A DNA stretch of 64,000 nt from an uncultured Desulfarculus sp. (GCA_963665125.2 CAXXUK010000001.1:2400001-2464000), one strand, 5' to 3'; shown: positions 8,719-17,774, numbered from the stretch's first letter. Numbers and translations: made by a program. The notes: a model not told the origin generated them from the letters alone.

Positions 8719-9330
8719 CTACGACTTGCGCACCAGACCGACCATCACACCCAGAATGCGGGTTGGACCGTCGTCATCGTCCAAATGGATGGTGGGCACG
8801 GCCGGGTTGGACGAACGCAACTCCACGCCGTCGGTTGTGGGGTGATAGTGCTTGAGGGTGGCCTCGTCATCCACCAGGCAGGCCACGACCTCGCCCGGCT
8901 CGGCGGTTTCCTGGGCCCGCAGGATGACCATGTCGCCCTCGGCGATGTGGTCGCCGATCATGGAGTCGCCCCGGACCAAAAGGGCGAAGAAGCGGCCCGA
9001 GCCAAAGAAAGCAGGGTCCAGGCCCAGGACCTCGTCGGCCTCTTCCACGGCCAGGATAGGCGCGCCGGCGGCGATGCGGCCCAGCATGGGGATGCCTTGG
9101 ACTGATTTGGAGCCGACGATCTCCAGGGTGCGGGGCCTGCCCGCCTCGGAACGCAGGAAACCCTTACGCTCCAGGGCCTTCATGTGGTCATGAGCCGCCC
9201 TCGGCGATTTGAACCCAAAATGGCCGGCAACCTCGCGCACGGTGGGCGGATAGCCGCGATCTTCCTTGAATCTGGTAATAAATTCAAGCACTTCCCTTTG
9301 GCGTCCGGTCAACCCTTTGGTCATTGGCAT
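8719..9330 (-). CDS. lexA: SOS repressor LexA
   Basis: LTGRQ/GYPPTVRE winged helix, IAAG cleavage site, GDSM serine and TLK lysine. Confidence 0.96.
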   Translation of the reverse strand: MPMTKGLTGRQREVLEFITRFKEDRGYPPTVREVAGHFGFKSPRAAHDHMKALERKGFLRSEAGRPRTLEIVGSKSVQGIPMLGRIAAGAPILAVEEADEVLGLDPAFFGSGRFFALLVRGDSMIGDHIAEGDMVILRAQETAEPGEVVACLVDDEATLKHYHPTTDGVELRSSNPAVPTIHLDDDDGPTRILGVMVGLVRKS

Positions 9331-9354
9331 TCCTCCCTGCTCGACCTGTGTTTC

Positions 9355-9383
9355 ATACTATACATCGGTTGACGCGACGTCAA
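9355..9383 (-). promoter_or_regulatory. lexA promoter with overlapping palindrome TTGACG-N3-CGTCAA
   Basis: Minus strand TTGACG-17 nt-TAGTAT; inverted repeat at 9369-9383. Confidence 0.55.
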
Positions 9384-9925
9384 GGCTTTTTTTGCCAGCG
9401 CGCGGACAATATGACCATGATTTTTTTGACAAAATAATACAGAGCCGCGATGAGGCTCAGGTTGATCATCCACCACTTGATGTTGGCCGCCAGCGGTCCC
9501 AGGTAGAACCAGCCCGTGCGGACCAGCGCAGGATCGTTCAAAAACGCCAGGTGGCAGATATTTTCGACCCAATCGGCCGCTATGGCCGCCAGGGGCATCA
9601 ACAGAACCAGGTTGGCCTTTCGGGGAGCATGGGCCGTGTTGAGGGCCTTGCCCAACAGGGCCAATAGAACCGCCCCGTAGGCTAGGGGATAAAAGAAGTC
9701 CAGCACGAAATGCGATTCAAAGGATTGCAGGATCCCGTAGTCCTGCCAATTCCGGATGATGGCGGCGAACTCGTCGGCCGACCATGTGGTCTGCAACTGA
9801 TAAAGCTGGCGCATGGGTATATCCGAGGTGATGAAAAACATCACCATGGCCATGACCACAAACAGGCCCAAGCAGACGGCCAAGCGCATTGTTTGGCCCA
9901 ATTTGGCCCTTAGCATCTGCAGCAT
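9380..9925 (-). CDS. Hypothetical membrane protein (about 4 TM segments)
   Basis: Hydrophobic segments, LDFFYPLAY and ADWVEN motifs; follows moeA by 4 nt. Confidence 0.75.
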   Translation of the reverse strand: MLQMLRAKLGQTMRLAVCLGLFVVMAMVMFFITSDIPMRQLYQLQTTWSADEFAAIIRNWQDYGILQSFESHFVLDFFYPLAYGAVLLALLGKALNTAHAPRKANLVLLMPLAAIAADWVENICHLAFLNDPALVRTGWFYLGPLAANIKWWMINLSLIAALYYFVKKIMVILSARWQKKP

Positions 9926-9929
9926 TGTT

Positions 9930-11180
9930 CTAGCTCCCTGGCCCCAGAGGCCACAGGTTGATCAACTCGGCCATGACCGGGGAGCCTGCGCGCACATGGG
10001 TCACGTCCTCGCCCAGAACAAGCAGCGCATTGGCCCTGGCAATGCTCTCCAGGCGCCCAATGCCCCGCAACTGGTCAAACACGGGCTCCGTGTCTTGGCC
10101 CAAGCTTATCTCTCCCTGGATCACGTTGGTCCAGCCGGTCTGCCCCTTGGCGTCACGGACCAGGCGCGCCCACACCAAGGGCAGGCCTGTTTCCTTGCAC
10201 CCGGCCAAGCGCTTGAAAGCGGGCAAGGCCAATTTCAAAAAGGCCACCAGGCAGGCCGGAGGGCCTCCGGGCAGACAGAACACCGGCTTGCGCTCCAGCA
10301 AACCGAAGACGGCTCCCTTGCCCGGCCCCAGGCGCACCCCGCTGAAAACGGTTTTCACGCCGATATCGGCCAGGGCCCGTTCCAGCAGGTCGCGTTCACC
10401 GTGGCCGGTGCCGCCGCTGGTCACCAGGGCATCGGCGTTTTCCAGCAACTCCGCGCATGCTTCCCTGATGGCCGCCAGGTCATCTCCGGCCAACCTGGCC
10501 GGGCCGCTCATTCCCAACACCCTCAACCAGGCCTGTAACGAGATCATGTTGCTGGCGTAAAGCCCGCCGGGGCCCAAGGCCTCTCCGGGCTTGTGCACCT
10601 CGCTGCCGGTGGCCAGCACGGCCACCCTGGGCAAGGAATGAACCTCCAGACCCGCGATGCCGCCCGAGGCCAGAAGCCCCACCAGGCCCGGAGTCAGTAT
10701 GTCTCCGGTCCGGCAAAGGACATCGCCAGGCTCGACGTCGGCCCCCCTGGGTAACACATTGCGGCCCGGTTCGGCCGGGGCCAGGCAGACCAGGCGGCCG
10801 TCCTCGATCCGGGCGAACTCGTCGGCCAGCACCGCGTCGGCCCCGGAAGGCAATGGAGCCCCCGTGGTCACCCTCACGGCTTGACCCGGCAAAACAATTC
10901 CGGCCGGGCGGTCGCCGGCGGTCAGGGCCCCGGTCAAACGCAACATTACCGGCGCCTGTTCCGTGGCCGAACTCAGTTCGGAGCCTATGACGGCGTAGCC
11001 TTCCTTGCGCGAGCTGTCCAATGAGGGGCAGTACACCAAAGCCACGGCTTCACGAGCCGCGGCCAGGCCGGTCAGGTCGACCAATTGTCTGTATTGGGCG
11101 GGCAAGGGACTTGCGTTTTCGAAAACCAAGTTCAAGGCCTGCTCGAAACCGACCTTATTTCCGGGGGGTTGTGTTTTCAT
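9930..11180 (-). CDS. moeA: Molybdopterin molybdo/tungstotransferase MoeA
   Basis: SLDSSRKEGYAV, TGAPLPSGADAV, ATGSEV, TSGG, LGPGK, LPGGP; several positions diverge from the usual consensus. Confidence 0.88.
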   Translation of the reverse strand: MKTQPPGNKVGFEQALNLVFENASPLPAQYRQLVDLTGLAAAREAVALVYCPSLDSSRKEGYAVIGSELSSATEQAPVMLRLTGALTAGDRPAGIVLPGQAVRVTTGAPLPSGADAVLADEFARIEDGRLVCLAPAEPGRNVLPRGADVEPGDVLCRTGDILTPGLVGLLASGGIAGLEVHSLPRVAVLATGSEVHKPGEALGPGGLYASNMISLQAWLRVLGMSGPARLAGDDLAAIREACAELLENADALVTSGGTGHGERDLLERALADIGVKTVFSGVRLGPGKGAVFGLLERKPVFCLPGGPPACLVAFLKLALPAFKRLAGCKETGLPLVWARLVRDAKGQTGWTNVIQGEISLGQDTEPVFDQLRGIGRLESIARANALLVLGEDVTHVRAGSPVMAELINLWPLGPGS

Positions 11181-11186
11181 CGGTCT

Positions 11187-11216
11187 AGTGTATGCCCGCC
11201 GCACGAAGGAGGTCAA
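11187..11216 (-). promoter_or_regulatory. sigma70 promoter of moeA (leaderless)
   Basis: TTGACC-18 nt-TACACT, 6 nt to ATG 11180, no SD. Confidence 0.6.
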
Positions 11217-11234
11217 GTACGGACAACCAGGGCA

Positions 11235-11252
11235 TATGTCAATATTGACATA
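11235..11252. promoter_or_regulatory. Perfect 18-bp palindrome, candidate operator
   Basis: TATGTCAATATTGACATA between divergent moeA and aor. Confidence 0.65.
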
Positions 11253-11359
11253 GATAACTATTTAATTTAATTGGCTTTTTGCTAATCCAGGCATTGACCT
11301 GCTCCTACTCTGAGAGTAACCTGAATTTAGACAAAAAACCTCGATACGGGAGGAGAAGT

Positions 11360-13084
11360 ATGCCCAAGATCCTACGGGTCAATATGACCGACAAAACCAC
11401 GAAGTACACCGACGTTCCGGCCGAGTATCAAGGCCTGGGCGGACGCGGATTGACTTCCACCATAGTGGCCAAGGAAGTTGATCCCATGTGCCATCCCCTG
11501 AGCGCCGAGAACAAGCTCGTATTCGCCACGGGTCTTTTGGGCGGCACCAACTGCGCCAACAGCGGCCGCATATCCGTGGGCGCCAAGAGCCCCCTGACCG
11601 GCGGCATCAAGGAAGCCAACTCGGGCGGCCAATTCGGCGGCTACATGGGTAAGCTGGATCTGCTGGCCATTGTTGTCGAAGGCGTAGCCGACGGCTGGTG
11701 GCAGTTGTTCATCGACAAGGACAAGGTTGAGCTCAAGCCCGCCGACGATCTGGCCGGGCTGGGCAACTACGACACCGTGGCCAAGCTGACCCCGGTGTAC
11801 GGTGAAAAAGCCGGCTACTGCACCATCGGCCAGGCCGGTGAGTACCGCGGAGCCATCGCCAGCATCGCTTTCACCGACCGCGAGCTTCGTCCTGCCCGCC
11901 ACGCCGGACGCGGCGGCCTGGGCGCGGTCATGGGCTCCAAGGGCCTCAAGGCCATGATCATCGATCCGGCCGGCGCGCCCAAGCTGGAAATGGCCGATCC
12001 CGAGGCCTTCAAGGCGGCGGCCAAGCGCTTTGCCGGGGCCCTTAGCGAGCACCCGGTGACCAGCGGTGGTCTGCCCACCTACGGCACCGACGTATTGATC
12101 AACATCCTCAACGAAGCGGGCGGCCTGCCCACCCGCAACTTCAGCGAGGGCCGTTTCGAAGGCGCCGAGAAGGTCGGCGGCGAAACCCTCAACGAAATCA
12201 CCGTCAAGCGCGGCGGCAATCCAACCCACGGCTGCATGACCGGCTGCATGATCCGCTGCTCGGGAATCTATGTCGACGAAAACGGCAAGTATGTCAGCAA
12301 GTGGCCCGAATACGAAACCGTATGGGCCTGGGGCCCCAACTGCGGCATAGACGACCTGGACGCCATCGCCCGCATCGACTATATGTGCGATGATTTCGGC
12401 ATCGACACCATCGACGCCGGTTGCGCTATGGCCGTGTTGATGGATTCCGGTTTCCTCAGCTTCGGCGACGCCAAGGGCGCCGAGGAGATCATGGCCAAGG
12501 TAGGCCAGGGCAAACCTCTGGGCCGCATCCTGGCCAGCGGCACCGAGATCATGGGCAAGGTGTTCGGCGTCAGCCGGGTGCCGGTGGTCAAGGGCCAGAG
12601 CCTGCCCGCCTATGACCCCCGCGCGGTCAAGGGTCTGGGCGTGACCTACGCCACCACGCCCATGGGCGCCGACCACACCGCCGGATACGCCACCACGGCC
12701 AACATCATGAGCGTCGGAGGCTATGTCGATCCGCTCAAGCCCGAGGGGCAGATGGAACTGAGCCAGGGCCTTCAGGTGGCCACGGCGGTAATCGACACCG
12801 TGGGCCTGTGCCTGTTCGTGGCCTTTGCCATGCTGGACATTCCCGACGCCAACCAGGCGGTAACCGACATGGTCAACGCCAGGTTCGGACTGAGCCTCAA
12901 TGGCGACGATGTCGGAGCGCTGGGCCAGAAGGTCCTGAGCACCGAGGTCGACTTCAACCGCCGGGCCGGCTTCAACGAGTTGCACGACCGGCTGCCCAGG
13001 TTCTTCGAGACCGAGTCGTTCAAGCCTCATGGCGTTGTTTTCGACGTGCCCCACGAGCACCTGGACAAGACCCTGGCGTTTTAA
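11360..13084 (+). CDS. aor: Aldehyde:ferredoxin oxidoreductase (tungstopterin family)
   Basis: KSPLTGGIKEANSGG, GRGGLGAVMGSKGLKA, CMTGCMIRC, EYET, CDDFGIDTI, GADHT; GGAGG SD before ATG 11360. Confidence 0.93.
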   Translation: MPKILRVNMTDKTTKYTDVPAEYQGLGGRGLTSTIVAKEVDPMCHPLSAENKLVFATGLLGGTNCANSGRISVGAKSPLTGGIKEANSGGQFGGYMGKLDLLAIVVEGVADGWWQLFIDKDKVELKPADDLAGLGNYDTVAKLTPVYGEKAGYCTIGQAGEYRGAIASIAFTDRELRPARHAGRGGLGAVMGSKGLKAMIIDPAGAPKLEMADPEAFKAAAKRFAGALSEHPVTSGGLPTYGTDVLINILNEAGGLPTRNFSEGRFEGAEKVGGETLNEITVKRGGNPTHGCMTGCMIRCSGIYVDENGKYVSKWPEYETVWAWGPNCGIDDLDAIARIDYMCDDFGIDTIDAGCAMAVLMDSGFLSFGDAKGAEEIMAKVGQGKPLGRILASGTEIMGKVFGVSRVPVVKGQSLPAYDPRAVKGLGVTYATTPMGADHTAGYATTANIMSVGGYVDPLKPEGQMELSQGLQVATAVIDTVGLCLFVAFAMLDIPDANQAVTDMVNARFGLSLNGDDVGALGQKVLSTEVDFNRRAGFNELHDRLPRFFETESFKPHGVVFDVPHEHLDKTLAF

Positions 13085-13105
13085 AACGATACGTCAATCC
13101 TTCAA

Positions 13106-13134
13106 CGGCGGGCCGGCGCTCTCCCGGCCCGCCG
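13106..13134. other. 11-bp GC stem-loop between aor and the MoaD-like gene
   Basis: CGGCGGGCCGG / CCGGCCCGCCG with 7-nt loop; no T-tract on +. Confidence 0.6.
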
Positions 13135-13144
13135 GATTAAAAAA

Positions 13145-13441
13145 ATGCAATTGACCGTCAAACTCGGTGGCCCCCTGCGCAAGCGCCTGGAAGGCCGCCA
13201 TGAATCCGGCCAGATAAACCTGGATATGCCCGAGGGCAGCCGCGTTTCCGACGTGATTGCCGAGTTGGGCCTTTTCGGCGACGTCGTGCGCGTGTTGATG
13301 GTCAACGGCAGGCCCATCAAGGAAGACATAGTGCTTCACGACGGCGACCGCCTGGGTCTGTTCCCCAGGGAGCTGGCCTTCAACGTCTGCACGGCCATCA
13401 GCTTTTTCAATCCTCTTGCCCGTAAACACAATCAGGACTGA
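13145..13441 (+). CDS. MoaD/ThiS-like ubiquitin-fold protein without C-terminal Gly-Gly
   Basis: VKLGGPLR...VNGR...LHDGDRLGLFP followed by a 22-aa tail instead of PxxGG. Confidence 0.8.
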   Translation: MQLTVKLGGPLRKRLEGRHESGQINLDMPEGSRVSDVIAELGLFGDVVRVLMVNGRPIKEDIVLHDGDRLGLFPRELAFNVCTAISFFNPLARKHNQD

Positions 13442-13597
13442 TACCGCATTTCCGTCACTTGCCCTGCATATCCCTGCGCACCAAAGGCGTTTTGGCGGAT
13501 TTAGCAGCCAGACAAATCCCATTTCCCCCCTAACATGACGATTTTTATTGTATAGTCTGCTGGAGCATCTTGTTTATTCATTGTTAATTGGTTAAGC

Positions 13598-14053
13598 ATG
13601 AAGATCGATTTTGCTGGCAGGGACCACTATCCCCAGTTGATTGAGCTGTGGGAGGCATCGGTTCGCGCCACCCATGACTTTTTAAATGAAGAGGACATCG
13701 CCTTTTTACGGCCGTTGATTCTGGAGAAGTATTTCGACGCCGTGGACCTTTGCCGCGCCGTGAGCGACAATGGAGAACTCCTTGGTTTTATCGGCAGTTC
13801 CGGCGACAACATCGAGATGTTGTTCATCGCTCCCAGGCACCGCGGTCGGGGCGTCGGGGCTCTGCTGGCCGGGTATGCAATCCGGGAGCGGGACGCGTGC
13901 AAGGTCGACGTCAACGAACAGAATCCACAGGCAATCGGCTTCTACAAACACCTGGGCTTCCGCACGGTGGGCCGCTCGCCCACCGACGGCCAAGGCAAAC
14001 CGTTTCCGCTATTGCATATGGAACTGGCCCAAACCGATGAGGCGCGTCCGTAG
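13598..14053 (+). CDS. GNAT acetyltransferase (YjaB-like)
   Basis: WEASVRATHDFL, IEMLFI, RGRGVG, VDVNEQNPQAIGFY. Confidence 0.9.
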   Translation: MKIDFAGRDHYPQLIELWEASVRATHDFLNEEDIAFLRPLILEKYFDAVDLCRAVSDNGELLGFIGSSGDNIEMLFIAPRHRGRGVGALLAGYAIRERDACKVDVNEQNPQAIGFYKHLGFRTVGRSPTDGQGKPFPLLHMELAQTDEARP

Positions 14054-14097
14054 TTGAAGAATTAAAACGACCCAATGCCATCCCACGAGCAAAAAAT

Positions 14098-15234
14098 ATG
14101 ACCGACAGAGGCCAAAAAATCATCCAGCGGGCGCTTGGCGCCGATCAATTGCCCAGCCTTTCCCCGATCGCGGTGAGCCTGTTGAACATGGCTTCCAATG
14201 AAGACGCCTCGGTGCGGGATCTGGCAGCCCTTATCCAGCAGGAGCCCAGCCTGACCATGCGGTTGTTGCGCATGGCCAATTCCGCGGCATATCGCCGGAG
14301 CGAAGACGACATCACCAGCGTGGAACGGGCCATGGTGCTGATGGGCTTGGCCGAAGTGAGGGTCATTGCCTTGTCGATGTGCATCAAGGATGCCCTTCCC
14401 ACCGATTGCGGCGCCATCGACTATCCCCTGTTCTGGCGCACCAGCATGCACCGGGCCATCATCGCCCGTCAGGGAGCCGTCAAATTGGGGCTGCCAAGCC
14501 CGGAAGAGGCCTTTGTGGCCGGTCTGATCATGGAGATGGGCCTGCCGCTGATGATGCGGGTGCTCACCGACCAGGAGGCCGCCGATTACCTGGGCGTCAA
14601 CAAATCCCTGCGGGACCAGATCGTCTGGCAGCACAATCACCTGGGCATAGACCACCGCCAGGTGGGCCGGGCGGTTTTCGAGGCCTGGGCTTTGCCCAAA
14701 ACATTGGTGGACTGCCAACGGATCATCCCGTCTTTCTCCGAAGCGCCCGCGCCGGATCTAATCAAGCTTTGCGATTTCGCCCGGCGGGCCGCCGAGTCGT
14801 TTTTCGCGCCCGAGACCGATCTGGACCAAGTTCACGAGGTGGCCAGGCTCCGCTTTGGCTGGCAAGACGAGGAAGTGAACCAGCTTTTGTTCGATTCTCT
14901 GACCTTGGTGGGTGAAGCGTCCGAGGCCATGGAGGTGGATCTCGACACCGAACAGGAGATGCACCTGGCCCTGGAAAAGGCCCATGCGGCGGTCATCAGG
15001 CTGCGGGCCGAGCTTGCCCAACAGCTGCGGACCGATGATGACGCCTCCTCGCGGCGCAAGGCCCTTGGCGCCATGCGGGGCCCTCTCAAAGGGCTCGGCG
15101 GACTGATACGCAAACTGGCCGGGGCCATTACCGGCGATGATTCGGAAAAAAAAGAAAGAGAAATCCGCGAGGAGATCGACCGCCTGAATCAGACCCTGAT
15201 CCAAATCGAAGCGGCCCTGGACAACGGCGGCTAG
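14098..15234 (+). CDS. HDOD domain protein
   Basis: LPSLS, LLRMANSAAY, EEAFVAGLIMEMG, IDHRQVG, WALP. Confidence 0.85.
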   Translation: MTDRGQKIIQRALGADQLPSLSPIAVSLLNMASNEDASVRDLAALIQQEPSLTMRLLRMANSAAYRRSEDDITSVERAMVLMGLAEVRVIALSMCIKDALPTDCGAIDYPLFWRTSMHRAIIARQGAVKLGLPSPEEAFVAGLIMEMGLPLMMRVLTDQEAADYLGVNKSLRDQIVWQHNHLGIDHRQVGRAVFEAWALPKTLVDCQRIIPSFSEAPAPDLIKLCDFARRAAESFFAPETDLDQVHEVARLRFGWQDEEVNQLLFDSLTLVGEASEAMEVDLDTEQEMHLALEKAHAAVIRLRAELAQQLRTDDDASSRRKALGAMRGPLKGLGGLIRKLAGAITGDDSEKKEREIREEIDRLNQTLIQIEAALDNGG

Positions 15235-16085
15235 CCCACCTGGAAATACTCCAGTTCCGGACCAGCCAAATCCACGTGCAACATGCGACCCGACGGCATG
15301 GCGGGCCATCCGGCCAGCAGCTTGACGGCCTCCATCACCTGCAACGAGGCCACCAGGGCAGGCGTGCTGGTGGGCACGCCCAGGTCCGTTTCCGCGGATT
15401 TGGCCTTTTCCGGCGGCGTTTGGCCATAGATATCCCGCAGGCCCGGCCCTCCCGGATGAACGACCATTACCATGCCTTCCATTCCGGCTATGGCTCCGTG
15501 GATATAGGGAATGTCCATTTTCCGTGCGGCTGTTTCCAGGTCGTAGCGGCTCTTGTGGTTGTCCAGGCAATCCAGGGCCACGTCGCATCCTTCCAAAATC
15601 GCCGGAAGAGTCTCGGCATCGGCCCATTGGACAAAGGCCTTGGCCTTTGTGGCCGGATTGATCCGGCCCACGGCGCCGGCGGCCACCTCGGCCTTATTAC
15701 GTCCGACAGTGTCCAGCGCCGCCAAAGCCTGGCGATTGAAGTTGCTTTGCTCGAACACGTCGGCGTCGCACAGATGCAGCCGTCCCACGCCCCAACGGGC
15801 CAGTTGCAGGCTGCACCAGCCGCCCAGGCCGCCGCAGCCGATGACCGCCGCCCCGGACTGCAAAAGCCTGATCTGGGCCCCGGCGTCCACCGTGCCCGCC
15901 CCGGCCCGGAATCGTTCCGGCCAGACGCCGTCTTCCAGACAGGCGATCATGGCCCGCCGCAGGCTCAGGCCGCGGGTCTTGGCCCACCTGGCGATGACCA
16001 GGTCGGTGGCGGCAAGCAGTTCCCCGCCGCCGGGTCCGCTGACGCGGAGCAGATCGGCATCCAGTTCGTTTCGCGGTCCGGCCAT
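15231..16085 (-). CDS. ThiF/MoeB-family adenylyltransferase (E1-like)
   Basis: VIGCGGLG, DADVFEQSNFNRQ, DCLDN. Confidence 0.88.
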   Translation of the reverse strand: MAGPRNELDADLLRVSGPGGGELLAATDLVIARWAKTRGLSLRRAMIACLEDGVWPERFRAGAGTVDAGAQIRLLQSGAAVIGCGGLGGWCSLQLARWGVGRLHLCDADVFEQSNFNRQALAALDTVGRNKAEVAAGAVGRINPATKAKAFVQWADAETLPAILEGCDVALDCLDNHKSRYDLETAARKMDIPYIHGAIAGMEGMVMVVHPGGPGLRDIYGQTPPEKAKSAETDLGVPTSTPALVASLQVMEAVKLLAGWPAMPSGRMLHVDLAGPELEYFQVG

Positions 16086-16324
16086 TATCCGCCTCCCACC
16101 GGCGGAAACAGGCCCAGCCTGTCGCCATCGGCAACCGGGGCGTCCAGGGTGGCCGCCCGTCCGTTGAGCAGGATTATCTTGATTTCATCCGCCGGGACCC
16201 CGATGCGCCGGACCAGGCCGCCTACCGTTTCGAGGCCGTCCGGTTCGATCAACAGACCGGCCATGGGATCGTAATCCGGCACATGAGCCCGCAGGGTGGC
16301 GCTGAGTTTGACCAGAACAGCCAC
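16085..16324 (-). CDS. MoaD/ThiS sulfur carrier
   Basis: 79 aa ending DGDRLGLFPPVGGG; 1-nt overlap with the ThiF gene. Confidence 0.9.
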   Translation of the reverse strand: MAVLVKLSATLRAHVPDYDPMAGLLIEPDGLETVGGLVRRIGVPADEIKIILLNGRAATLDAPVADGDRLGLFPPVGGG

Positions 16325-16334
16325 GCCGGGCTTC

Positions 16335-16808
16335 CTAGTCCAGGAACTTGGGCGGCAAGCCGTTTTGGCCCTGGATGGCCATGTCCGGCATCACCACCAG
16401 CGTCGAAGTGCCGTGAGCCAGGATGCGCTGGTCCGCGTCATACACGGTGGCCTCGGACAGGCCCATGGTTTTGCCCAGCTTGATGCATTTGCCGTGGGCG
16501 GCGACCGTTCCATTGACCACCGGCGCCAAATAGTTGAGCTTGATCTCGGCGGTGGTCATGCCCTGGCCGTCGGGAAGCTGGCTGAAGCAGGACCAAAAGC
16601 AGGCGGCGTCGATGAGGCTGGCCAACACCCCGCCATGGACGATGCCGAAGGGCTGCAAATGTTTGCGTTGGAGCACGATCTCCAGCTTTGCCGTACCCCA
16701 GCCCAAATCCTGGAGATCCATGGATTGCAGTTCGAAGTACGGACAAGGGTTGATCTTGCTGCGGGTCAGTTCCACCCATTGGGGATTGAGTTTTCTAGGA
16801 GCGTCCAT
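16335..16808 (-). CDS. PaaI-family hotdog thioesterase
   Basis: GIVHGGVLASLID and TAEIKLNYLAP. Confidence 0.9.
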   Translation of the reverse strand: MDAPRKLNPQWVELTRSKINPCPYFELQSMDLQDLGWGTAKLEIVLQRKHLQPFGIVHGGVLASLIDAACFWSCFSQLPDGQGMTTAEIKLNYLAPVVNGTVAAHGKCIKLGKTMGLSEATVYDADQRILAHGTSTLVVMPDMAIQGQNGLPPKFLD

Positions 16809-17416
16809 CAGTCCTCTACGATGATCATAAGGCGTCCGGCCCGGTCGCCGCCCCGCAGGGCGCCGATCATGGCCTTGGCCGTGTCGCCGACCATGTCCTG
16901 CACGAAATCCTTCATGGGCAGCCGCTTGCCGCCCAAAAACACCCGGACCTTTGACGGCTCGCCGGCGGGCATCATCTCGGCCAGTATGAAATCGGCCACC
17001 CGGGCGGGATCAAGAGGCAGGGTCTTGAAGCCGGGAACATCGGCCCGCCCTGTCACCACGGCCTTGAGGCCGGGATCATCGGCAAGCTCTGGATTAGCGC
17101 CCTGGGGCAGATATTCCAGCTTGGCCCGCTTAACGCCTTGGTGGATCTCGCTGATGACGATGTCGGCGTCATCCAGGAATCTGGCCGCCAGCTCTTCGAT
17201 GCTCATGCCGGGGTCCTTGCGCAGCTCCAGGCGCAGGCCCGCCGGGGCCAGGTCAATGGTCAACCCGCCCGGCGCGGCGCTTTCCAAGAGCCGCACAAAG
17301 CCCACCGCCAGGCCGCGAGATTCCAGTTCCACGGCCAATGATTCCATTAATTTTGTCTTGTTTTCACCGCCGGGCCCGGCCAGGCAAATCACGTGGGTCA
17401 CCTCAGCCCTCCGCAT
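16808..17416 (-). CDS. MobB-like protein (degenerate P-loop plus MobB C-terminal domain)
   Basis: GPGGENKTKLME N-terminus, DADIVISE, C-terminal GGKRLPMKDFVQDM; pterin-cofactor context. Confidence 0.65.
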   Translation of the reverse strand: MRRAEVTHVICLAGPGGENKTKLMESLAVELESRGLAVGFVRLLESAAPGGLTIDLAPAGLRLELRKDPGMSIEELAARFLDDADIVISEIHQGVKRAKLEYLPQGANPELADDPGLKAVVTGRADVPGFKTLPLDPARVADFILAEMMPAGEPSKVRVFLGGKRLPMKDFVQDMVGDTAKAMIGALRGGDRAGRLMIIVED

Positions 17417-17774
17417 CCTGATCTTGTTTTTGATTACACACTTTTTGCATCAGGGAGACCATCGGCAATCCCGCTTCCGATAAATATTTCTCAGCGTCTT
17501 CCCGCAGGGTTTCAAACTGCCGGATGATGCTTTCGGCCAGCGGAGTAAGCTGTACGGCCCTGCGGCCGGCGTCGCTGCGTTCCACAAGGGCGCAGCCCAT
17601 GCGTTCTTCCGAGGCCTTGATCCGGCCCCAGGCCGCCCGGTAGCTCATATTCAGTTCACGGGCCGCCCCGGCCAAGGAGCCTGTCTCGGCCACTGCCTTG
17701 AGCAGCTGCAACCGACCGTCGCCAAACAGGACATGTTCATCATCTTCCAACCAAATTTTCATCTTCAGGCGCAA
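17403..17774 (-). CDS. ModE-family regulator, DNA-binding domain only
   Basis: KIWLE, GRLQLLKAVAETGSLAGAARELNMSYRAAW; TTG start with GGAGG SD. Confidence 0.88.
   Translation of the reverse strand: MRLKMKIWLEDDEHVLFGDGRLQLLKAVAETGSLAGAARELNMSYRAAWGRIKASEERMGCALVERSDAGRRAVQLTPLAESIIRQFETLREDAEKYLSEAGLPMVSLMQKVCNQKQDQDAEG

Noticed and set aside
11289..11302. sigma54 promoters at aor (also near 30390 and 7453)
   Set aside because: The GG-to-GC spacing is not the required 10 nt.
11372..13060. 562-aa antisense ORF over aor (similarly 43121-44539, 53618-54916, 35712-36944, 23640-24995)
   Set aside because: Stop-free antisense frames are expected from high-GC codon bias; they have no motifs of their own.
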